DNA of 62,666 bases from Promethearchaeota archaeon (GTDB taxonomy: Archaea > Asgardarchaeota > Lokiarchaeia > Sigyniarchaeales > SOKP01), in contig JAUVXW010000027.1 in NCBI GenBank assembly GCA_030603385.1, forward strand, positions 1-62,666, in the 5' to 3' direction. Below, in pieces: positions 37,364 to 47,017 of the stretch (positions are counted from its first letter, which is position 1; each line of letters opens with the position of its first letter). The position numbers and the translations under genes were made by a program. The notes under the pieces were generated by a model, which saw only the letters and a program-made list of their open reading frames with translations, searched no databases and was not told where the DNA came from.

Positions 37364-38640
37364 ATGAAATCAATAATAGGTTTTTTTTTTCTAATCCTTT
37401 CAATACTCTTTACTCTAAGTATTTTCGATGTGCCTGATTATTATCAAGGAGAAGAGATGAAAGTCTTAAATACTAGCGATGATGGAAATGAAATAATCCT
37501 ACCAGTAGGAAGATGGCCACATGGTCTTTTCGTAGCAGATTTGAATAATGATAGCTATAATGATATTGTTACTAGTAATGAGGATCATAACAACCTTTCA
37601 ATATACCTTTGGGATGATTCAATAAATAGTTGGGGCTCTGAAATAAAAAAAAAGTAGGATCCTCTCCTTATGATGTGTGTGTTGGAGATGTCAATAATGA
37701 TGGTTTCAATGATATCATTGCTGCAGATTTTGGTGATTCTAATATTTCCATATATCTATGGAATAACTCGATTAATGACTGGGATCCTGAAATTAAAATA
37801 TATATCGGTTCTAGTACTAGACCTTGGAGATTATTTATTGGAGATGCAAATAATGATGGATTTAATGATATTGCAGTTGCAGACAATGCACAAGATGTTA
37901 TATCATTTATTTTCTGGAATGATTTAAATAAACAGTGGGATCCAGTACTACAAAAAGCCGTTGATACTATGCACTACTGCATCGCTATTGGAGATGTCAA
38001 TAATGATGGATTTAATGATTTTGTTAGCGGAAATCTATGGGAAACTAATGTGTCAATTTATATATGGGATAATTCTTCGGAAGATTGGCTACCTAAAGAA
38101 GAGGTGGTCACAGGAGCGGGTCCAGCTGAGATTGTTATCGATGATGTAAATCATGATGGATATAATGATATAATAACAGTAAATAGACTAAATGCTAGTG
38201 CTTCTATCTTATTATGGGATAATACTTCTAATTATTGGGATCCAGAAATAAGGTTAAACGTTGGCGAAGAGCCTATTTGTGTATTTGCGGGAGATATTAA
38301 CAACGATGGATATGAAGATATTGCATCAGCCAATGCAAGCAATAACACTATTTCTATATTTTTATGGAATATGACAACTACTAGCTGGGAGTCTGAAATT
38401 CGAAAAGAAACCGGAAACCGTCCTTCGGAAGTATTTGTAGCAGATGCTGATAATGACGGTGATAATGATATAATAGTATCAAATACAAATAGTCATAATA
38501 TTTTAATAATATTATGGCCATGGACATCACCCGATTCAACAACCCCAACTATTTGGGGCTATGATTCTTTTCTATTAATAGCTATCCTATTAGGAATCTC
38601 AGCATTTCTATTAAAATTTAAGAAAAAAAATAAATTTTAA
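37364..38640 (+). CDS. FG-GAP/VCBS repeat surface protein with C-terminal sorting signal, split by a -1 frameshift at A9 (37645-37653)
   Basis: Signal peptide and first ADLNNDSYNDIV repeat in frame 1; further GDxNNDGxxDI repeats and IWGY+TM+KKK tail in the -1 frame. Confidence 0.8.
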
Positions 38641-38901
38641 TTTTTTTTTTTCCTTTTTTTAGACTTTTCATACGAAAAATGTATACAATAGAAGAAATGT
38701 AAGAGTATTGGTTTATTCACATATATTGACTTAATATGTTTGTGGTAAAAAATAGATTGTATTTTTGTTATAATAATAATAACAAAATTGTGTAAAATTG
38801 GTAAGGTTTAAATACTTATTTTTTCTTTTTGTATACGAATATATAGATTTTATAACAAATTACTTTAAAAATTATAATACAAAAGGGAGTGATAAATCTT
38901 T

Positions 38902-39039
38902 ATGGAAGGAATAACCGCTACGGTTTTTTATCGTAAAAGAAAAGAGATAACACAGAAAGAATTGGAGGCTTTTCTTGGTTTCTGTGAAGAATTTTTTTGG
39001 ATTGACCATTTTAATAAACTTATAGTTAAAGAGAAATAA
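38902..39039 (+). CDS. Small hypothetical protein (45 aa), below the ORF-track cutoff
   Basis: MEGITATVFYRKRKEITQKELEAFLGFCEEFFWIDHFNKLIVKEK; GGGAGTGAT SD-like site upstream. Confidence 0.5.
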   Translation: MEGITATVFYRKRKEITQKELEAFLGFCEEFFWIDHFNKLIVKEK

Positions 39040-39307
39040 GTTTTCGAGAAACAGAAAATTTTTTCATAATTCCTCCATTGTTACTTCCCACTAATTATTT
39101 TAATTAATCCTGTGTTATAATATCAAAAATTCTTCTACTTTCAAATCGTCCACATCATGAAAATTTATAAAGGTTGTTCTTACAAAGTTGCTAATATTGA
39201 TTTTAAGTTTCAACTTAAAAAGTATTGAGTAAAAGATTAAAAAAGAATAAACTATATTTAATTTGCAAATTAAAATTCTAAAATTAGAAGATAGAGGATT
39301 TAAAACA

Positions 39308-40105
39308 ATGAAAATTATTGAGATTGAAGGCATTGGGGAAAAATATGCTAAAACATTAGAGAAAGCAGGTTATGCAAATACAGAAGATTTAATACCTTTA
39401 AAATGGAGAGAAGTTAAAGAACTTGCTGAAAAAACAAAAATTTCGCTCAAATTGCTTGAGAAATGGCAAGATCAAGCAGAAATTATGGTGATCAAGGGTG
39501 TCGGTCCTGAATATTCTGAAGTCTTAAACAAGGTTGGCATTGATTCCACTCTAGAACTTGCTTATAGAAATCCAAAAAACACTCTAGATAAAATAATTGC
39601 ATTCGATAAAGAACAACCTGACGTTATAAGAAAAATTCCGAAAGTTGAGGATCTTGAAGGTTGGATTAGCGAAGCAAAAAGTATGCATGAAGAAAAGAAA
39701 GCTAAAACAAAACCTAAAGAAACTCCGATTATTGATATCGAGGGAATTGGTTCAAAATATAGCAAAACAATGGAAAAAGCCGGTTATTTAAATGTAGAAT
39801 CATTAATTGGATTAGATAGAAACGGGATAAAAGAGTTAGCAGAAAAAACAAAGATTTCGGAAAAATTACTTGATAAATGGGCAGAACATGCCGATTTAAT
39901 GAGAATTGGTGGTGTTGGTCCTGAATATGCTGAAGTGCTTAATGAAATTGGAATTGATTCAGTTAAAGAGTTTGCTCAACGAAACGCTATTAATACATTA
40001 GATCGGATAATGACGTTAGATAAAGAAAAACCTGATGTATTTAGAAGACCTCCAACATTAAAAATGGTGGAAGAGTGGGTCGAAGAAGCCAAAAAAATTA
40101 AATAA
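39308..40105 (+). CDS. Tandem DUF4332 (helix-hairpin-helix) protein
   Basis: Two ~130-aa repeats: IxxIEGIG...L.KW...A.LM.I.GVGPEY.EVL; ATG at 39308 preferred as start. Confidence 0.85.
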   Translation: MKIIEIEGIGEKYAKTLEKAGYANTEDLIPLKWREVKELAEKTKISLKLLEKWQDQAEIMVIKGVGPEYSEVLNKVGIDSTLELAYRNPKNTLDKIIAFDKEQPDVIRKIPKVEDLEGWISEAKSMHEEKKAKTKPKETPIIDIEGIGSKYSKTMEKAGYLNVESLIGLDRNGIKELAEKTKISEKLLDKWAEHADLMRIGGVGPEYAEVLNEIGIDSVKEFAQRNAINTLDRIMTLDKEKPDVFRRPPTLKMVEEWVEEAKKIK

Positions 40106-40172
40106 ATCTTTTTTTTTTATATTTCATTAATTATAAGAGAGGCCCCATTTTAAAAATTCAATTTAATTTTTT

Positions 40173-41186
40173 TTATTCTTCTGTTATTATATCAAAAATT
40201 TCCTCTATTCGAGGCGTTTTTTGCTTAAGAGAAATACAACGATCTTCTTCACAACCTCTTAGTATTGCTATTAATTCATTGAGATGAATTGTGGGAATAT
40301 CTAGCTTTTCTCCATACCATTTATGGATTTTTTCTCTATATTCAGGTTTACTCAATGTATATAAACAGGTTGGACAGGGAGTTACCATAAAGTCAGCGCC
40401 TACTGTTTCTGCACTTTTTAATTTGTTGAAAGTTATTTTAAGTGCTTCTTTGGTATTAATCAATACTTGTGAAGCACCCCATCCACAGCAACTTTCTTTT
40501 TCTTGATATTCTACAGGATTTCCACCAAATAATTTTACCAAATCGTCTAATTTAGTTTTATCCTTTAAATATGGTTCGACAGTTCTTTTATCTCTCGATA
40601 AATTTAAGTAGTGGCATCCATAGTGAATAGCTACCTTGAGATTTTTCAAATCATACTTTAAAGAGTTAAGCAAATCATTTCTAATTAAATACAAGAAATC
40701 TAAATCATGTACTAATTTAAGGTTAAAATCATCCAAAATTTCATATTTACCAGGATAATTTTTACCAATTCCCTTTTCTTTTAATCTATTTAGAATTTCT
40801 TCAGTTTTTTTCATTACTTCGGGAGTTTTTAAAAATTCTCTCCCTCTTAGAAGACTGTTATAACACCCATTACAGCTAAAAAACACAATATCCGCTAATT
40901 GATTCATTTCATTTAGATTTCTCTCATTAATTGCAGCAAATTGAGCTCTTGTAATTAGATTTCTTTGGAAAAAAGTTCCACTACAACAAGACTGGGCAGC
41001 GCAAGTTCTTACGTCTAAGTCAAGTTCTTCAAGTAAATCTTGAATCCCCCACCTAACTCCAGGGAAATATTTTTCGAGACACGCTTTAAACAAACTTAGT
41101 CTCTTTCCTCTAAAAAATTCTAAAGGATTTTCAGGATAAGTTTTCTCTATTTCATCTAAATCTAAAGATAGATTGATTTTTATCAT
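40173..41186 (-). CDS. hdrB: Heterodisulfide reductase subunit B-like (CCG domains)
   Basis: SCCS, CNGC, VAIHYGCH, SCCGWG, TPCPTC. Confidence 0.8.
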   Translation of the reverse strand: MIKINLSLDLDEIEKTYPENPLEFFRGKRLSLFKACLEKYFPGVRWGIQDLLEELDLDVRTCAAQSCCSGTFFQRNLITRAQFAAINERNLNEMNQLADIVFFSCNGCYNSLLRGREFLKTPEVMKKTEEILNRLKEKGIGKNYPGKYEILDDFNLKLVHDLDFLYLIRNDLLNSLKYDLKNLKVAIHYGCHYLNLSRDKRTVEPYLKDKTKLDDLVKLFGGNPVEYQEKESCCGWGASQVLINTKEALKITFNKLKSAETVGADFMVTPCPTCLYTLSKPEYREKIHKWYGEKLDIPTIHLNELIAILRGCEEDRCISLKQKTPRIEEIFDIITEE

Positions 41187-41201
41187 GTTAAGTTGATTAA
41201 A

Positions 41202-41744
41202 TTAAGATTTTTTCTTTTTCTTTTTATTCTTATTGATATTACTTGCCTTAAACACATATTTTATTCGAGCAAAATTACATATTTCAATTAATTCATCAAT
41301 CCTTTCTTTTGAAAGCGGTTCCCCTAATGGTTCTTCAACCACTACTCCTGTTGTCAAAAAACGCTCAGACATTTCAACAAATTTTCTCAAATCATTATAA
41401 CGTGGTCCAAATCCCTTTTTGAAGCTTTCATTCCTCAAATTAATTATGAGTAGTGGAATATTTATATTGTCTTTTGGGCAAACTCTTTTACAGCGTTCAC
41501 ACAAATAACAATACCAGATATCAGAATCTTTCAAAACACTTTTATCCCCTCGAAGTACTTTTCTGATAATATTCCTTATGTTAAAGTTCGATATTTTAGC
41601 AGCGGGGCAATCTCCTACGCATTTTCCACAATTGGAACAAGCAATAATATTTTTATTTTCCTCTACGTCTTCTACAAGCTCTTTATAAAAATCCCAATTC
41701 CAGTCAGAGTCAGAATCTACATCCATGATTTCGATTTTTTTCAA
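41202..41744 (-). CDS. hdrC: Heterodisulfide reductase subunit C-like
   Basis: CSNCGKCVGDCP, IWYCYLCERCKRVCP; adjacent to hdrB. Confidence 0.82.
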   Translation of the reverse strand: MKKIEIMDVDSDSDWNWDFYKELVEDVEENKNIIACSNCGKCVGDCPAAKISNFNIRNIIRKVLRGDKSVLKDSDIWYCYLCERCKRVCPKDNINIPLLIINLRNESFKKGFGPRYNDLRKFVEMSERFLTTGVVVEEPLGEPLSKERIDELIEICNFARIKYVFKASNINKNKKKKKKS

Positions 41745-41914
41745 TTTATAAAATAATTTCTTATCCTATTTGAAAATCATTCTTCATTGTAAAAAAGATA
41801 TTGTATTTGAAAAAATAATTTTAATGTACAAAATCTTTAATTTTGAAAAGTTTTATATATTCTTTAGGCATATTTTTTCGAGTGAAATTTACTTTAAGAT
41901 CTGGAGATTATTGA

Positions 41915-42607
41915 ATGGTTCAATACAAAGATGGTAACATCTTTCTTAAGATTGTATACTATGGTATGGCGGGATCAGGAAAAACTACTATTTTAGAAAC
42001 TCTTTACGATTTAACTAAGGATGGTAAGAGAGAAATAATTCCTGTAAGTGATTTACAAAAAATCGATAGGAGAAGTGGTGCGACACTTTATTTTGATCGA
42101 GGAATTTTTCAATCAACTAAAAAGAGGAAGGTATATTATAGAGTATATACAGTAGCAGGTCAAAAAGGTTTCAGTTCATTAAGAATTAAAGTTTTTAATA
42201 AGCTTGATGCCGAAACTGATGCTGTAATTTTTGTGGTTGATTCCCAAATTAATTTTTTTGAAGATAATATTGAATTCCTGTTAGAATTAAAAAACATAAC
42301 AAAAGGTAAACTCATCAAAGAAATTCCTTTTATAGTTATGCTAAATAAAATAGACCTTAAAGAAATAATCGACCATGAAGATTTTATCCAAATTCTAAAA
42401 CAAGAAAAATTATGGTATGGACCTCAACATGAGTTAAATCTGTGGAATCCCTTAATTTATAAAACTTGCGCATTGATTGATCAGGAAAAGGATATCTTTC
42501 GTAGTTTTTTGGAGATAGCACGAAGAACTGGATTATATCATATATATGGAGATGGTAAAGCTCCAGTTGATAAAAAAGTTTCAGATACTTCGATCTTAAC
42601 CATCTAA
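41915..42607 (+). CDS. MglA-like small GTPase
   Basis: KIVYYGMAGSGKTT, TLYFD, YTVAGQ, IFVVDSQ, NKID. Confidence 0.85.
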   Translation: MVQYKDGNIFLKIVYYGMAGSGKTTILETLYDLTKDGKREIIPVSDLQKIDRRSGATLYFDRGIFQSTKKRKVYYRVYTVAGQKGFSSLRIKVFNKLDAETDAVIFVVDSQINFFEDNIEFLLELKNITKGKLIKEIPFIVMLNKIDLKEIIDHEDFIQILKQEKLWYGPQHELNLWNPLIYKTCALIDQEKDIFRSFLEIARRTGLYHIYGDGKAPVDKKVSDTSILTI

Positions 42608-42646
42608 TTTAATTACTGGTTCTTATAAAAATAAGGAAAAAAAAAA

Positions 42647-43399
42647 TTATTCTTTTTTCATAAAAATTTCTTTCATCCACCTTGGTAAAAGGAAGCCACC
42701 ATAAAATTCCAGAGCACTAAAGATCAATAATATACGAACAACTACAACCATAATCGCTAAAAGCGGATCGGTAGGGTCCTCGAATATAGTTCCAAGAAGA
42801 GAATCAAATATAGCCGCTACGGCGAAAGTAAGAAAAGCAGCACGGAGTAATTTACCCTTGAGCCTCACTTCTCTATCATCAGATTTAACTGATTTTTGGG
42901 CAAAAATTACACCAGTTACTACCATTACCAAGATAATCATTAATAAATAGATCGTTATAAAAATTCCAAAATCAACAGTAAAAGGTCTATCAGGATTAAT
43001 GGTACCTATCAAATCCATGTCTATAAAGAACAGAATAAAGAATACAATTTCAAATATAATTGAAAGAAGAATAGTAATTATTATTACTTTCTTTTGTGCT
43101 TTTCTTTTTATCATATCTGTATATGCTGTTAACCAAGTTAAAAGAGCAATAGGGAGAAATACATTTCCAATGAAAAAATACCATCCTTTTGGTAGCGATC
43201 GTTGTACAATAAGATTCATTAAGAAGCTCGTTGAATCAGGAACCCAGGGTATACAAATACCAATCCATGATACTCCGACCAAAATAAACAATCGATTCTT
43301 ATGTTCAAAGTATTTCGAGAGAATTGTTAATCCTATAATTAAAGAAATAACTACAAATATAAGAGAAAAACTACCTTGTAATACATCGACTAATTCCAT
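42647..43399 (-). CDS. Multi-pass (about 7 TM) membrane protein
   Basis: About seven hydrophobic segments; ends GFLLPRW. Confidence 0.75.
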   Translation of the reverse strand: MELVDVLQGSFSLIFVVISLIIGLTILSKYFEHKNRLFILVGVSWIGICIPWVPDSTSFLMNLIVQRSLPKGWYFFIGNVFLPIALLTWLTAYTDMIKRKAQKKVIIITILLSIIFEIVFFILFFIDMDLIGTINPDRPFTVDFGIFITIYLLMIILVMVVTGVIFAQKSVKSDDREVRLKGKLLRAAFLTFAVAAIFDSLLGTIFEDPTDPLLAIMVVVVRILLIFSALEFYGGFLLPRWMKEIFMKKE

Positions 43400-43504
43400 T
43401 TACATTCCTCATTTTAAGTATCAATTACAAATAAGTTTAGACTTATGCATATATATATTTTTATTTTCTGTAAATAATATCCAGAATTGTCAAAGAGATA
43501 TCTA

Positions 43505-44590
43505 TCATACAATTTCATAATCAATAGAAGTAGGACTCTCTATATGCTCATTTAATAATTTTAAATGAGCCAGATATTCATTTAAAGAAATATCCTGGTT
43601 TTTATATCTTTCCACTAATCTTTCGATTATGAAATACGGTTTAAATTTTATAAATCGAACATCTGAAAAAAGATATACAAATCCCTTAGCCTCAAATATA
43701 AATTTCTTTTCTAAAAGTTCATTTAAAAGCTCTTGCTTGTTATTTAAAATACTTAAGCAATCATTAACAGAAACTCTTCCTTCTCTTAAAGTTTTAATTA
43801 GAGAAAACACATCTTTATCTAATAATACTGTCTGTATTATTGTTCTATTTTCTATATCAGAAATAATATCATAATTAAAATAGAAATTTTCTAATGAATT
43901 TTTATATTTTCTTAAAAGTATAGCATCATTTTTATCGACTGGTAAACTTTTAGGTGGAATTCTTGTGTATGATAAATCATTTGTCAAAAAATAACATTCT
44001 TTGCTTCCTGGTACATTCTTTTTAATTATTAAGTTCTCACGTATGAATGATATCAGTATCAAATCAATATTTACAGTTGAAAAACCATAATCATGTCTTA
44101 ATTTGTTAGTTAAATCTGATTTAGAGATTACTCCATTTCTAAGAATTTGTAGGATTGTGTTCTTTAGTTTATCTTGAAAAAAGTTTTTCAAATTTTCTTC
44201 TTCATCCAATTTGGAGTAATTTTTAATTGTAGTATAAGCTTCAGAGATAGCTCTTGTAATTTTATTTGTATTAATTAATTCTACTAAATTTTTACTCATG
44301 ATAGCTAATATATCAGGAGATTCCTTGATTAGATTTTGCTTCTTATTTTTTTGACTATAAACTAAAATAAAGTAAGTTTCTCCTTCAAATTGTTGTATTA
44401 TTGATATAAAACTATTCTCACTGTCTTCAGGAGTAAATTCTATCATTGTATTTTCTTTATCTAACTCATGTTTAGCCCAAATTTTCAAAAAGAGATCCTT
44501 GGGTGGAAAAGGTTTTTCAGGAGGGTATTGAATTATTGGTTCCGGTCCAGTTTGTTTGTTCCAATGCACAATTAGGAGTCTTTCTATCAT
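43505..44590 (-). CDS. uDENN/longin-like N-terminal domain + winged-helix-like region
   Basis: LLIVHWNKQTGPEPIIQYP resembles the F/W-x-x-x-x-GP-x-x-x-x-Q-x-P opening of uDENN/NPR2-type longins; ILQILRNGVISKSDL. Confidence 0.55.
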   Translation of the reverse strand: MIERLLIVHWNKQTGPEPIIQYPPEKPFPPKDLFLKIWAKHELDKENTMIEFTPEDSENSFISIIQQFEGETYFILVYSQKNKKQNLIKESPDILAIMSKNLVELINTNKITRAISEAYTTIKNYSKLDEEENLKNFFQDKLKNTILQILRNGVISKSDLTNKLRHDYGFSTVNIDLILISFIRENLIIKKNVPGSKECYFLTNDLSYTRIPPKSLPVDKNDAILLRKYKNSLENFYFNYDIISDIENRTIIQTVLLDKDVFSLIKTLREGRVSVNDCLSILNNKQELLNELLEKKFIFEAKGFVYLFSDVRFIKFKPYFIIERLVERYKNQDISLNEYLAHLKLLNEHIESPTSIDYEIV

Positions 44591-44900
44591 ACATCACCAG
44601 GTTGTGTTATACATGGCGTTCCATAGAATAACGCTCTCATGTATATAGCCTCATTAAAATAATAAGGCTTCTTTTAATGAATAATACAATTCTAATTATA
44701 TGATAAATAATACTAAATCTCTCTTTTTAAATATGCGCCTTGTTCTTAAAAGAATTTTGGTTTCTTAATTTACCTTGAATTTAGCTGTAATAGCTAATCT
44801 AGTTAAAAGTGTGATAATATTAATAAAATATTACAAGAAACGTATTAGATGAGGTTTTAGTTGAATCTAAGGAATAAAGGAATATAACATATAAATCCAA

Positions 44901-45158
44901 TTAAAAGAATTCTGGAAATTGTTTTTCGATTCTGTTTAAGGTTATTGCTAATAAATTAATTAATTCTTCACTTTTGTTTGTTTTGATATTATCAATTACA
45001 TTATCCAAAATTTGGTTTCCTATTGAAATATCGTCTTTTGTATAACAGTGCTTAAGCATTTTTTGTTTAAATAAAAACTCAAATTCTTGCAAAAGCCATC
45101 CTAATTCATCTTTTAAATTATCCTCTAAAATCTTTTCATAATCTCCGCTAAGATTCAT
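44901..45158 (-). CDS. Small helical hypothetical protein
   Basis: 85-aa ORF with ATG start and normal composition. Confidence 0.6.
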   Translation of the reverse strand: MNLSGDYEKILEDNLKDELGWLLQEFEFLFKQKMLKHCYTKDDISIGNQILDNVIDNIKTNKSEELINLLAITLNRIEKQFPEFF

Positions 45159-45402
45159 AATAAATCCGATTAATTAATTATATTATCTTATACCTTTAAG
45201 CTAAAAATAGTCTTCAGATATATAAAATTTCTTCAATCGTAAAATTTTTATATTAATGAAACGAACAACATGAAATCGCAAAAAATAATTTTATGGTTTT
45301 TAGCTTTAAAACAAAATTTTAATAGATATAGTAGTTGCTCTTTTGTTTAAATAGTCGTACATATATAAAAAGGAATTAAGTTAAAATATGTAAAAAAAAT
45401 CT

Positions 45403-45624
45403 CTAATTATCTAAATTCTTAAAATGATATCTCGTAATAATTTTTGAGAGTTGATAGATGGATTGAATATTGCTGTGTTCTATTGCTTTGTTTAATTCCT
45501 TATAAAACTCAGGTAAGTTCATTTCAAAATGACCTTTAAACCATACTTCTTGTGATGGTTTTTCCTTTTCATTCATGTGATGAAATATTAAAATGACTAT
45601 TAAAAAAAGAAATAGTATCACCAT
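45403..45624 (-). CDS. Small hypothetical protein
   Basis: 73-aa ORF; start uncertain (a second ATG gives MNEKEKPS). Confidence 0.4.
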   Translation of the reverse strand: MVILFLFLIVILIFHHMNEKEKPSQEVWFKGHFEMNLPEFYKELNKAIEHSNIQSIYQLSKIITRYHFKNLDN

Positions 45625-45689
45625 AATACAAATTAATCAAAAAGAGGATTTAATAAAATTTATAATAGAATTAAATAAATTCTGATAAA

Positions 45690-46547
45690 TTATTCAGGTT
45701 TTTGACTTCTTTTTTTCTCCAATTTTTTGATCAGTATATAATAGAAGATTATCATTAATGCTAGAGATGCTAAAATTATCATAAGAATAATATTGAAATA
45801 ATTCGATTGGTCTACTATAACACTTAGTGGCAAAGTATCAAAATCTAAGGGAAGTTCGAGATTATATCTCATAAATAATAATGCTCCTAATGTAGCATAG
45901 AAAAATGCCCTAAAAATTGAACCAATTAAAGTACCTATTGAATATTTTTTTACATCTATATCAACTAATCCTGATGTATAGGATATTACATCAAAGGGTA
46001 TGAATGGTATAAACCTTGTAATTATAATTGCCTTCATACCATGTTTTCCAATGAAATTATCAGCAATATCAATAGCTTTGGTACCTATAAATTTTTCAGC
46101 TAAAGGTCGTCCTCCGCGTCTACTAATATAGTAGCATAATAAAGCCGCTGCCATGGAGCCAATAATTCCCATTATTCCTCCGTAGAACCACCCCCAAATC
46201 ATTCCCGTCCCTAATAACACAATTTCAGAAGGAAGAGGGACAATAAGCCCTTGAATCGCCATAATCGCTATAAACAGAAAGATGCCAATAATTCCCAATT
46301 TATAAACAGGATTTACAAAAAATTCCACCACAAATCGATAAAGGATTGTGTTATCTACAAAAAATATAAAAAATAATAAGATCAGAGAAGCTATAATTAA
46401 AACTATAAATAAAATGATATATAGAATTGTTTTAGTATCATAATTTGAGAAGTCTAATAGGTTTTTAATATAATTTTTTATCCTTATTGAAAAAGCTTGT
46501 TTTTCATTATTAACGGACGTTTTATTCTTTTGTTCCATTCTTATCAA
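45690..46547 (-). CDS. TVP38/TMEM64 (VTT/DedA) family membrane protein
   Basis: IVPLPSE, YISRRGGRP, TRFIPFIPFDVISY, GTLIGS. Confidence 0.88.
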   Translation of the reverse strand: MIRMEQKNKTSVNNEKQAFSIRIKNYIKNLLDFSNYDTKTILYIILFIVLIIASLILLFFIFFVDNTILYRFVVEFFVNPVYKLGIIGIFLFIAIMAIQGLIVPLPSEIVLLGTGMIWGWFYGGIMGIIGSMAAALLCYYISRRGGRPLAEKFIGTKAIDIADNFIGKHGMKAIIITRFIPFIPFDVISYTSGLVDIDVKKYSIGTLIGSIFRAFFYATLGALLFMRYNLELPLDFDTLPLSVIVDQSNYFNIILMIILASLALMIIFYYILIKKLEKKRSQKPE

Positions 46548-47017
46548 TATTGAGAATAAATTAAAAAGTTTGAAAATAAAATATTTTTAATAAAATTAAT
46601 TTAGATTCTTATTAAAAGAATGGTATATTGAACATTTTCTCAAGGAGAATGTATCATTAAAAAATAAATATAGGGGCGTTACTCTTAATCCAATGGATAA
46701 AAGATAAAAACAAAATTTAATGAAATTAAAAAATGTTAAATATTCTTTTATTTAATAAAAAGGCTATTTATGTTTCTAATAAAAAACTAATACTTATATA
46801 TCTATTAATCTTATTATATATACGGTTGGACTAGTTGTTTAAGCTATAAGAAAAATTAAAAACTATTCTTAAATTATTATAAATTAGAAAAGAGAATAGA
46901 TTTATAATATTTTTATGTGATTATGGTAAGTTGTGCAAACAGAAAGTAATATTTTGCAATCTAATTCATACCTCTTTATCCCGAATTTAAAGCTCTCGAT
47001 GGAAGAGATAGATCTAA

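Noticed and set aside
37670-38149. ORFs 37670-37927 and 37961-38149 with 'LEMSIMM' repeats
   Set aside because: Out-of-frame readings of the GDVNNDG FG-GAP repeats; not separate genes and not a CRISPR array.
39115-39333. Minus-strand 72-aa ORF
   Set aside because: Overlaps the start of the DUF4332 gene and has no motif. A shorter version cannot be excluded but is unsupported.
42999-43520. 173-aa plus-strand ORF and similar antisense ORFs (e.g. 3476-3913, 13649-13969, 56243-56605, 60377-60778)
   Set aside because: Antisense shadows of well-supported genes, with no motifs of their own.
44608-44645. Second BHB intron candidate (stem with 3-nt AGA bulge)
   Set aside because: Only one bulge; the adjoining helix is a continuous 8 bp rather than 4 bp plus a second bulge, and it lies outside a CDS. 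Kept only as a structured leader.
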